Below, one piece after another: positions 1-8,426 of a stretch of 35,581 nucleotides of DNA. Both the position numbers and the translations under genes were made by a program. Every line of letters starts with the position of its first letter. Positions within the stretch are counted from its first letter, which is position 1. Location of the stretch: NCBI GenBank assembly GCA_016926735.1, contig JAFGOA010000225.1, positions 1-35,581 on the forward strand, given 5' to 3'. The DNA comes from Promethearchaeota archaeon. Its GTDB lineage: Archaea > Asgardarchaeota > Lokiarchaeia > Sigyniarchaeales > SOKP01. The notes under the pieces are model-generated. The model did no database searches. It was not told where the DNA came from and worked only from the letters and a program-made list of their open reading frames with translations.

Positions 1-140
1 TAATAACATTTAATTTTAGTATAAAAAAATTGATTAATGTTTACTTTTTCAAGTAATAAACAAAAAATTTTAAATGTTTTTCAATCTAATAAATTAATTA
101 ATCATATTTGTGTTATAGCTTTTGACGAAGTTGTTTTAAT

Positions 141-593
141 ATGAAAAGAGATTTTGATGATATTGATAAAGATATAATAAGAATTCTTCAAGATAACGCA
201 AGAACCTCATACCGTGAAATACAAGATAAATTAGGTATTTCTATAGGAACAATTCATAATCGAATAGCAAAACTAAAGAAAAATGAAGTTATTGAAGGAT
301 ATACAATTAAACTAAATAATATGAAATTGGGTTATAAACTCACTTTTCTCATTAGGATACAAATAAAAGGGAAATCCACAGAAGCAATTCTAAATGAAAT
401 TAAAAAAAAACCAGAAGTTTGTTCTGTATTTCACACTACTGGAGAGCAATCCGCAGCTCTTATATGTAGGTTTAGAGAAAGTGATGATGTACATAATTTT
501 ATAAGAGAGCTTAATGAAAAAGACAATGTAACAAGAACTGTTTCAAATATGGTGTTAAAAGAATATAAAAATACATCTTATGTACAAATCTAA
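141..593 (+). CDS. Lrp/AsnC family transcriptional regulator
   Basis: N-terminal 'DDIDKDIIRILQDNARTSYREIQDKLGISIGTIHNRIAKL' HTH and a C-terminal RAM-type domain ('VFHTTGE'); 150 aa. Confidence 0.93.
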   Translation: MKRDFDDIDKDIIRILQDNARTSYREIQDKLGISIGTIHNRIAKLKKNEVIEGYTIKLNNMKLGYKLTFLIRIQIKGKSTEAILNEIKKKPEVCSVFHTTGEQSAALICRFRESDDVHNFIRELNEKDNVTRTVSNMVLKEYKNTSYVQI

Positions 594-636
594 GTATTAT
601 TTTATCTACATTTGAGATTTAAAAACAATCTATTAT

Positions 637-1602
637 CTAATTCAAGGTCCAATCCTTAAGAGATTTGAAATTTTCGTCTTTTTTTAAAATCTCTTTAGTA
701 TTTTTATCAAATATTATTGTTATTGTATAAGATCTTTTTCTCGAAAAAGCCTCTGCTAAGATAATTTTTACCTTTACAAATCCATTTTCATATTTAAATA
801 GTGGAATCATTGCATTCCATTTATAAAAAAAACGATATGATTTACTATATTCAATTGCTTTTTGAAAAAATTCTACCTCAATTGAATTTGTATTATATGA
901 TTTATGAATTAATTCTATTGATTTTGATGATAAGATTCTCTTTTTTATTAATCTATAATCGATTATTTCCTCATTTTCTTTAAATTTATAAATCATATAA
1001 AAAATTGGATTGATTTCTGGGATAAATAAGCTATTGTTTGGTAATTTATGTTGGATATATAATTTAATAATTGCTCTATATCCAAAATATGTTATATAAC
1101 TCAAGATAAAAATATAGAAGAGTAGATTAAATGCGAAGATATTAGCTTTAAATATAAAAAATATAATTAAAATTAGATTATTAACTATAGAAATTGATGC
1201 TAATAAAGGGTTTACTGCTTTATCCCCAAGAAACCTATATTCTTTTTTAGTAATTGGATATAAAATGGGAATTTTAGATGATGTAAAAAAATCAAGAAAA
1301 GTGTGCATTGAATAACCAATCATTCCTCCTAACCATGCAAAAAATATAGATATATTTGGATAGACTAATTTTATAACAAAACTAATAAAACCTGTAAATA
1401 TAAATCCAATAATTATTGAATGAGAAGCTGCTTTATGTGAGAACATATAATTTTTTGTTTTTCTCTGTATGGGTTCTAAAATAATATCAAAATCTGGTAA
1501 GAATGACATTAACCATATAAATATGATTGTTTCTGGAGGTGCATGTCCTAACAATGGTATTGGTATTAAGATTCCCATTAAAATATGTGTAAAAAAATCC
1601 AT
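637..1602 (-). CDS. Membrane-bound metal-dependent hydrolase (YdjM/DUF457-like)
   Basis: Motifs MDxxTH, LPDFD, HKAASHS and HTFLD, plus several hydrophobic helices. Confidence 0.8.
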   Translation of the reverse strand: MDFFTHILMGILIPIPLLGHAPPETIIFIWLMSFLPDFDIILEPIQRKTKNYMFSHKAASHSIIIGFIFTGFISFVIKLVYPNISIFFAWLGGMIGYSMHTFLDFFTSSKIPILYPITKKEYRFLGDKAVNPLLASISIVNNLILIIFFIFKANIFAFNLLFYIFILSYITYFGYRAIIKLYIQHKLPNNSLFIPEINPIFYMIYKFKENEEIIDYRLIKKRILSSKSIELIHKSYNTNSIEVEFFQKAIEYSKSYRFFYKWNAMIPLFKYENGFVKVKIILAEAFSRKRSYTITIIFDKNTKEILKKDENFKSLKDWTLN

Positions 1603-1789
1603 CTTAAATCAAATTATAGAACTAATATTGGTTTAAAACTTTCACTCTAATATTTTGGAATTATACTATTTTGTTATAAAAAAAAATTCATCCAAAGATC
1701 TAAAAAAAAAAGTCAAGAAAATTATAAATTAATATTATTTCAACTCTTCACTGAAATTTTATAAAAACTTATTATTTTTTATACAAACC

Positions 1790-2298
1790 AAAAAAATCAT
1801 CTCTCTCCCTTATTTTAAATATCAATCTCACTTAAAATAAAAGTAATTCATATCTTATATTATAAAATAACAAGGGAGATGATAACACAAGTATCGAAAA
1901 TAAAATCATTGGAGGTAAATATCTTAGAATAAAACGTCTCAACGATAAATACTGCCAACAATTCTTCTTACAATTACACTATTCATTAATATTCACGATC
2001 ACATAACTTATTCCTTTATTGATATCAAAATAGGTATGTGTATACTTAGAAGGGTGATAAATGTTTGGAATTTATTCCAATTTATTCTATGCGGGTATTC
2101 TCACAAGTCAAGGATTTTGAGCCTTGTTTGAAAAAGAATAGTCCCTCCTTAGAATACTATAACATTTATTAGACGGATAAGTATTGCGGGATAACTTCCT
2201 TTAAAACTTCGGAGAGAGTACTCGAGGTACGATCGATGATGTATGTTTTGAACTCAGTAATGAGCGAACAGCCTGATAACCCTAGGGCTGGTCTTTTT
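1790..2298 (+). ncRNA. Candidate structured non-coding RNA (no family recognised)
   Basis: No long ORF. Visibly more GC-rich than the flanks over 2090-2295. Many nested helices, some with G-U pairs on the + strand, and a GNRA-capped hairpin CTCA-GTAA-TGAG (2253-2264). TATA-like TTTATAAA at 1758-1765 and a T-run at 2294-2298. Confidence 0.4.
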
Positions 2299-2360
2299 GA
2301 AAAAAAAAAGATTAATAATTAGAATAGAAATTGGTGATTTTTGTAGAAATTACCAGATTT

Positions 2361-2546
2361 TTATAAATAATTTGAAGGTTCTCTTGATAACATTACTTTT
2401 TTATTTTTTTTTTTTAATATTTTCTTTATAAGTAGCATTACATTCTCAGAATCATTTGTTCTGTAAGCTTTTTTTAAGTCTTCAAAAATTACTTGCAAAA
2501 ATGTCACTATGGAAATATTAGTTTTTTTTAAAATGTATGTATCCAA
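2361..2546 (-). CDS. Small hypothetical protein (61 aa)
   Basis: ORF with TTG start, co-oriented and 44 nt downstream of the Cys-rich ORF; no recognisable motif. Confidence 0.4.
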   Translation of the reverse strand: MDTYILKKTNISIVTFLQVIFEDLKKAYRTNDSENVMLLIKKILKKKNKKVMLSREPSNYL

Positions 2547-2590
2547 TAATCTAGTTGACTAAAATTATTTAAATATTTTTTATTAATAAT

Positions 2591-2764
2591 TTAATATAGA
2601 TTCCTGTATTTCTCTTTTATTTTTTTTTCCTTAATCTGAAATTCTGGACAAATTTTATAGTTTGGAAATTTACATATTAATTCTGTTTGTGGAAGTATGC
2701 AACTATAATTAAAAGGACAATACAAAATATGGATTTTTTCAAGAGATTTACTTTCAACTATCAT
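2591..2764 (-). CDS. Small Cys4 putative zinc-binding protein (57 aa), not in the ORF track
   Basis: Manual translation: MIVESKSLEKIHILYCPFNYSCILPQTELICKFPNYKICPEFQIKEKKIKEKYRNLY*. ATG start, TAA stop, spacing C-x5-C-x8-C-x7-C with CPF and CPEF. Confidence 0.7.
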   Translation of the reverse strand: MIVESKSLEKIHILYCPFNYSCILPQTELICKFPNYKICPEFQIKEKKIKEKYRNLY

Positions 2765-2954
2765 ATCTAATGAATAATATAGTTATATTTAAATACAAAA
2801 TTAAAATTTGAATTTCTAATACTTAAGAGATAGAAGGATTTGTAATTTTCTATAATATATTAAAATGATCTCTATATCACCAAAAATTTTTTTAATTTTA
2901 AGATATTATTTTAGAATTAATACTAAGAAATACATAAAAAAGATTTGAATAAAT

Positions 2955-4538
2955 ATGTCAAATATTCCAGTTATTATTTTAAAGGAAGGAACAGAAGAGG
3001 TTCGTGAAAAAGAAGCTAGAACTCAAAATATTAATGCTATGATTGCAATAACAGATGCTGTTCGTTCTACTATGGGTCCTAAAGGCATGGATAAGATGCT
3101 TGTTGACTCATTAGGAGATGTAACTATCACTAATGATGGAGCTGAAATTCTTGATAAACTTGATATTGAAAATGTTGCCGCAACTATGATGGTTAATTTG
3201 GCAAAATCAATTGATAAGGAAGTAGGAGATGGTACAACGTCTGCAGTCGTATTTTGTGCAGCATTATTAAAAAATGCTCTTGAATTAATTGAACAAGATA
3301 TTCATCCAAAACCTATAATTCAAGGATATAAATTAGCAACGGATAAGGCAATTGTAATTATTAATGAAATAGCTGAAAAAATATCAAAAGATGATGAAAA
3401 AATATTAAAAGCCGCAGCTCTTACTTCTATGAATTCTAAAGATATTGCTTCTGCAAAAGATTATTTTGCCGAATTAGTATTAGAAGCTGTTAAACATATC
3501 GCTGAAAAAAATACGGGTTCAATTTATGACAAAATAAATAATATTAAAATTATTAAAGCATCAGGTAAATCTTTAAAAGATTCAGAATTAATTAATGGGA
3601 TTTATATCCAAAAAGAAAAAGTTAGCTCAAGTATGCCTAATAGTATAAAAGGTGCTAAAATAGCTGTTATTAGGAAGAAATTAGATATTGGAAAATCCAC
3701 TTATGATTCTAAAATAGAGATATCAAGTCCAGAAGATATTCAAAAATTCTTAGACCAAGAAAAAACTATGTTAATGAATTTCTTGCAATACTTTAAAAAT
3801 TTAAATGTTAATATGATTGTTAATAATCAAGATATTTCTGATAAGTTTGGAGCTCTCTTAAGTAAAGAAGGAATTGCTGCAATTAAAAATGTTAGTGAAA
3901 GTGATCTTAAGGCTATATTAAATGCAACAAATGCAAATCTTGTTGATGATCTTAAAGGATTAACCGAGGAAGATCTAGGCAGTGCTGATAGCGTTAAATT
4001 TGAAAAGATTGGAGATGATGACTATACTCTATTTACCGGATGTGAACATCCAAAATCAGTTGCAATTCTGTTAAAGGGGGGTCTTGAAAAAATTTTAAAT
4101 ACTGCTGAAATTGCATTACACGACGTAATAAGTGTATTGGCTAAAATAATTGATACGCAATTAGTTGTTGCTGGTGGTGGCGCGATTTATATGGAATTAG
4201 CCAAAAAATTGAAAGTATTTTCTAATGAAATTAGTGGAAAAGAACAATTAGCAATCCAAGCATTTGCTGTTGCCCTTGAAGAAATCCCAAAGACTCTAAT
4301 TCGAAACGCAGGACTAGATGAGATTAAAAAGATTACAGATCTCAGAGCAGCACATAAAACTCCACAAGATAAATGGATAGGTATCGATACAATTAAAAAT
4401 AAAATAGTTGATAATTTTGAAAATGGAATTGTGGAACCTGCAGATTTAGTAAAACACATCATAATGGCTTCAAGTGAGCTTTCTACTCTTGTATTAAGAG
4501 TAGACAGAATAATAAATGCTAAATCAGCAAAAAAATAA
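2955..4538 (+). CDS. ths: Thermosome (group II chaperonin/CCT) subunit
   Basis: STMGPKGMDKML, ITNDG, EVGDGTTS, VAGGGA, GIVEP and LRVDRII motifs. Confidence 0.95.
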   Translation: MSNIPVIILKEGTEEVREKEARTQNINAMIAITDAVRSTMGPKGMDKMLVDSLGDVTITNDGAEILDKLDIENVAATMMVNLAKSIDKEVGDGTTSAVVFCAALLKNALELIEQDIHPKPIIQGYKLATDKAIVIINEIAEKISKDDEKILKAAALTSMNSKDIASAKDYFAELVLEAVKHIAEKNTGSIYDKINNIKIIKASGKSLKDSELINGIYIQKEKVSSSMPNSIKGAKIAVIRKKLDIGKSTYDSKIEISSPEDIQKFLDQEKTMLMNFLQYFKNLNVNMIVNNQDISDKFGALLSKEGIAAIKNVSESDLKAILNATNANLVDDLKGLTEEDLGSADSVKFEKIGDDDYTLFTGCEHPKSVAILLKGGLEKILNTAEIALHDVISVLAKIIDTQLVVAGGGAIYMELAKKLKVFSNEISGKEQLAIQAFAVALEEIPKTLIRNAGLDEIKKITDLRAAHKTPQDKWIGIDTIKNKIVDNFENGIVEPADLVKHIIMASSELSTLVLRVDRIINAKSAKK

Positions 4539-4548
4539 TTTTTTTTTT
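4539..4548 (+). terminator. Oligo-T archaeal terminator after the thermosome gene
   Basis: Long T run immediately after the TAA stop. Confidence 0.55.
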
Positions 4549-4756
4549 CTATTTTTTGTTATAATAATTGTATTCTGAATGTTTTATAGCTAGAAATTTT
4601 TTAAATCTAATCAATAACCAAATAATAACCTTATATTTCTCATTATTATCATATTTTAAAATCTATGTTTTTTTTTAAAATTATAAATTGAAAGATTTAT
4701 AAATACTAATTTTATCAATCATTATACAAATAATATAAAATAAAAAGAAAATTAAA

Positions 4757-5584
4757 TTGAATGATTCAAAAAATTATGTGAAAATCCTCTATATCTCAGT
4801 TATAGCATTCATAATATTAATGATTACTTTTTGGTTAATCGGAAATAATATATTTCCTGAAGATTGGGCTTTCAGTATCTCCTTAATTCAGTCAATCCTT
4901 CTATTATCTTCATTATGTATTGGTACTATGATATTGATATACGCGGGAATGATGTATAAACTTAATACGATTTCAGGTAAGATATGGATTTTATTAGGAT
5001 TAGGAATGTTAGGATGGTTTTTAGGAGAACTAATATATACTTATTATGACCTTTTCACAGCAGAAGCACCTTTCCCAAGTATTGCTGATTTTTTCTATCT
5101 AATTGCTTATTTACCTTTATCTATTGGGTTAATAATACAAATGCGTCTAATTAAAATAAAACTTTCTAAATTAGAGATCATAATAGTATTGATCTTATAT
5201 ATTATCATTTGTATTTTAGTTAGTTTGTTCGTAATAATCTTTCCTATTCAAGATACATATAATTGGAGCATTCCTTCTGAAGATATTATACCTCTATTGA
5301 TCTCAATGTCTTATCCAATAGTAGACTTAATTTTATTATTTTTTACTATGTTTGTTCTTGCAAAATTACGTCATGGAAAAATAAGCATTGCTTGGTTATT
5401 AATGCTAATTGGATTAATATTTACAATTTTAGCAGATATATTATTTAATTGGGTTGAAAATGTTGTATCAGAAACACAATTATTCGAGCTTTATGACTTA
5501 ATCTTTCTAATTGGGTATATCTTTATCTGTCTTAGTGGTCTTTCGATAATTAATGTTATGTCAAAATCATTTGTGGAAAAATAA
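4757..5584 (+). CDS. Polytopic membrane protein resembling a stand-alone membrane sensor domain
   Basis: About 8 hydrophobic helices; 'WILLGLGMLGWFLGELIYTYY...PFPSIADFFYL' and 'YPIVD' motifs like those in N-terminal sensor regions of GGDEF proteins and kinases; no output domain. Confidence 0.7.
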   Translation: MNDSKNYVKILYISVIAFIILMITFWLIGNNIFPEDWAFSISLIQSILLLSSLCIGTMILIYAGMMYKLNTISGKIWILLGLGMLGWFLGELIYTYYDLFTAEAPFPSIADFFYLIAYLPLSIGLIIQMRLIKIKLSKLEIIIVLILYIIICILVSLFVIIFPIQDTYNWSIPSEDIIPLLISMSYPIVDLILLFFTMFVLAKLRHGKISIAWLLMLIGLIFTILADILFNWVENVVSETQLFELYDLIFLIGYIFICLSGLSIINVMSKSFVEK

Positions 5585-5614
5585 ATAAATTTTCAATATA
5601 AGAGGTTAAATTAG

Positions 5615-6280
5615 ATGACATTAAATGGATTTATTGTATTGAATAATGGAGGCATTCCATTATATTCAAAATTTATAGATATTGATTTAACAATAGATTC
5701 ATTATTATTAGGGGGATTCTTTTCAGCGATACAGACTTTTGTAAAAGAGCTTGATGATACAAAAGAGTCTTTTATAAATGAAATGCAAGTTCATCAAATC
5801 ATTTTTCTATATAGAGAAATAGAATCACTATTATTCGTCGGTATTAAAAATAGTAAAGAAGACTTCAAATCAACTTTAATAGTATTTGAATATATGATTT
5901 GGATATTTATCTCTAAATATCAAAATACACTAAAAAAAAATGATACAGAAGTGTCTCTATTTAATAGTTTTGATGATTTATTCATAAAATATCGAACATC
6001 TAAAGAAAAAGATTTGAAAAAATTATTGCTAAAAGAATCTATTGGGAAAAATTTATTACAAGGTATTCTTAATAATTTAACCAATTATTTTCCTATAAAA
6101 GAATTGATAAAATTAGAGCCTGATTATTTAAAAATTATAGGAAAGGAATTAATTTTAGTAAGTTTTAATATTACAAGTGAAAAAGAAGAATCTATTATTG
6201 AAAATTTAAAAATGAAAGTCACTAATTTATATGGTCCTGGTATGTTCGAGTCACTTTTAAAATCTCTAAAAAATAAATAA
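5615..6280 (+). CDS. Longin-domain protein with a C-terminal extension (eukaryotic-signature-like)
   Basis: 'FIVLNNGGIPLYSK...LLLGGFFSAIQTFVKEL...LLFVGI...FISKY...FNSFD' pattern typical of Asgard longin domains. Confidence 0.75.
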   Translation: MTLNGFIVLNNGGIPLYSKFIDIDLTIDSLLLGGFFSAIQTFVKELDDTKESFINEMQVHQIIFLYREIESLLFVGIKNSKEDFKSTLIVFEYMIWIFISKYQNTLKKNDTEVSLFNSFDDLFIKYRTSKEKDLKKLLLKESIGKNLLQGILNNLTNYFPIKELIKLEPDYLKIIGKELILVSFNITSEKEESIIENLKMKVTNLYGPGMFESLLKSLKNK

Positions 6281-6289
6281 AAAATATTA

Positions 6290-7075
6290 TTATTTTTTTA
6301 CTATAAAAAGTCCGAATCCTGATTGATTTTGATAAGAGATTGTTTTAAAACCTGTTTTTTCTATTAATATTTGCCAATAATTTTTATTTTTAAAAACAAA
6401 GCAAAAAATTCCTAGTGTTGAGATTAATTGCCATGAATTTCTATTCCATTCACTTATATACGCATATCCTCCTTTTTTTAAAACACGATATATCTCTTTC
6501 AAAGCTTTTTCTTTTCCTTCAGAATTATGTATCTCATGGAGCACTGAAGATATATTTATCATATCGAAATAATCATCTTCAAATGGAATCTTGGTGGCAG
6601 AACCATATAGAAAAGTAGTCTTTTCTTCAACACCTTCAATTTTTGCATTATTTTGAACTGTATATAACGAATTTCCAGAAATGGCCATTTTTTCATAAAT
6701 ATCAATCCCATATAAATGTCCACCATTTTTAAGCTCTTTTGCTATTTTAATTGCTGCTCTTCCAGTTCCACATCCAATATCTAAAATCAGAGGATTTTCA
6801 AGTTTATTTATAACAAAATCTTTTCCAATTACATCAATAGTGTTTATTTTGTTAATTAATGCTATTTGCATCGTAGATAATCCAATAGCTGGCCAAAGAA
6901 ATATTAATATGATTAAAAATCCGATAACTCCTAAAATTATTCCTATAATATTTCTTATATAAAATCCAGATATGAAAAGAATTAATCCCGTAAACCCTAA
7001 TAAAAAGAAATATAACATTAAATCTCTGACATACCATCCATATTTTGGTTTTTCTTCTTTAATATTTATCACCAT
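6290..7075 (-). CDS. Membrane-anchored class I SAM-dependent methyltransferase (copy 1)
   Basis: Two N-terminal TM helices, LDIGCGTG motif I, GSATKIPF, VLHE and RVLKKGG; possible ATT start at 7063. Confidence 0.9.
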   Translation of the reverse strand: MVINIKEEKPKYGWYVRDLMLYFFLLGFTGLILFISGFYIRNIIGIILGVIGFLIILIFLWPAIGLSTMQIALINKINTIDVIGKDFVINKLENPLILDIGCGTGRAAIKIAKELKNGGHLYGIDIYEKMAISGNSLYTVQNNAKIEGVEEKTTFLYGSATKIPFEDDYFDMINISSVLHEIHNSEGKEKALKEIYRVLKKGGYAYISEWNRNSWQLISTLGIFCFVFKNKNYWQILIEKTGFKTISYQNQSGFGLFIVKK

Positions 7076-7314
7076 TATCTTTTAGTCCATTAGAAATCAC
7101 GATTAAAGAAAGGATTATTAGTTTATCCAAAATCCATACTGATTATCATTTAATAAATTATATCCTCAATGGAATGAATATTTAAATCTTATTCGATCAC
7201 AGAATACTAATCTTAAATTAACTTTAAATATATTTATAGATCTTTCTCTCTTCATAATCCTCATGTCTATCATAGATTTCTAATTATCTATTACTAATTA
7301 TTATTAATAGAAAC

Positions 7315-7364
7315 ATATTTATAAAGTTTATTGTGTCGAAAACAGATCAACAAATCTTAAATAT
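7315..7364. promoter_or_regulatory. Back-to-back TATA boxes around an imperfect palindrome TGTCGA-N7-TCAACA
   Basis: Minus-strand TTTATAAAT box at about 7317-7325, palindrome at 7334-7352, CTTAAATAT at 7356-7364 (ATG at 7388); same layout at 9246-9292. Confidence 0.55.
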
Positions 7365-7387
7365 CATAAAACAATTTATTAATAACT

Positions 7388-8332
7388 ATGTCTAACAAAA
7401 AAGATCAAAATATTTTAGAAGGATTACATTTAGTAGGATTAAATAAAAATGAATCCAAAGTCTATTATTATCTTATTAAATGTGGTCAAAAAGGTACTAT
7501 TGTAAAACAACTTACTGATAATCTAAATCTAAAAAGGACTACAGTATATTCTATAGTAAAAAAACTTGAAAGAAATGGTTTTGTAATGGAACTTGGAAAT
7601 TCATCTCAATCAAAATGTGCGACCATTTTTGCTGCAATAAATCCCTTAAAATTCTTTGATAAGATTGTATCAAATAAAAAAAAAGAATTAGAATTACTTG
7701 AAGAATTGAGATTAATGTATTCTGATCGTTTAGAAAATATATATAATCAGGATGTAGAATATTCTTTAGAAGATATTGATGAGAATTTAAAACTTTATTT
7801 TGTACCACTTATGAATAAAGGATGGAAACTTATTTCATATATCAGAGAATATAAAACACCACTTATAGATCATGATACGTATGATTGCAAATTAGAGTCA
7901 CCTAATAAAACATTTTATCCACATGTTGGTTTTCTTCTATTTAATTTTGATCATAATATTGAAAATGATAATATTACACAGAGGTATTTCATGAAAATGC
8001 TTAAGAAAAAAGGAAAAGAAGAAATTTTATTTAATACTGACTTAGAGGATATTAATCTAATAGAAACCAAAATCAAATTCAATAATATATCATTTCCAGG
8101 CTTTAAATTTGAATTAAATGTTGATTTGGTTGAAAAATCTAATGATTTTTACTTCCTGAATGAAATAATAAAAAAACATCCAAGAAATAATATCACAAAT
8201 TCTTTAATCATTGGAATTTCAATAGTGATAATAATATCAAATCAAATGTTCGTTCTATGGGGTGAAAATAAAAAAATTCTAAATGAAATAGTGAATTTGA
8301 TATTTAAAGTCCATAATATTTCTAAAAGTTAA
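7388..8332 (+). CDS. TrmB-like winged-helix transcriptional regulator (copy 1)
   Basis: 'GLNKNESKVYYYL...LKRTTVYSIVKKLERNGFV...FAAINP' TrmB N-terminal wHTH; unknown C-terminal domain. Confidence 0.8.
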   Translation: MSNKKDQNILEGLHLVGLNKNESKVYYYLIKCGQKGTIVKQLTDNLNLKRTTVYSIVKKLERNGFVMELGNSSQSKCATIFAAINPLKFFDKIVSNKKKELELLEELRLMYSDRLENIYNQDVEYSLEDIDENLKLYFVPLMNKGWKLISYIREYKTPLIDHDTYDCKLESPNKTFYPHVGFLLFNFDHNIENDNITQRYFMKMLKKKGKEEILFNTDLEDINLIETKIKFNNISFPGFKFELNVDLVEKSNDFYFLNEIIKKHPRNNITNSLIIGISIVIIISNQMFVLWGENKKILNEIVNLIFKVHNISKS

Positions 8333-8426
8333 AAAAAAATGTTTTATATTTAAAAATTTCAGTTTTAGATTTTTTAATTTCTTATATATCTATAATTAAT
8401 CTATATGCCTTTTTTATGGAAATACT

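Noticed and set aside
801-983. Short track ORFs overlapping longer genes (also 4187, 6415, 6852, 7551, 13192, 19786, 23696, 24497, 24562, 28805, 30042, 34414)
   Set aside because: Antisense or alternate-frame shadows of well-supported genes, with no motifs.
1936-2147. Group I intron-like R (CTCAACGA...) and S (AAGAATAGTCC) words
   Set aside because: The R side reads GATAAA, so the GACUA/UAGUC P7 helix cannot form, and there is no host gene.
2040-2295. RNase P or SRP RNA
   Set aside because: Minus-strand AAGGAAGTT resembles RNase P CR-I, but I found no matching CR-V/P4 partner. The SRP helix-8 CAGG...AGCA motif is absent.
2169-2318. Open minus-strand frame (LLIFFFSKRPALGLSGCSL...)
   Set aside because: No start codon after the upstream stop; likely a by-product of the higher GC content.
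7166-7264. Short minus-strand ORF of about 32 codons (MRIMKRERSINIF...) in the long leader of methyltransferase copy 1
   Set aside because: Too short, no motif and no counterpart in the duplicated module; cannot be supported.
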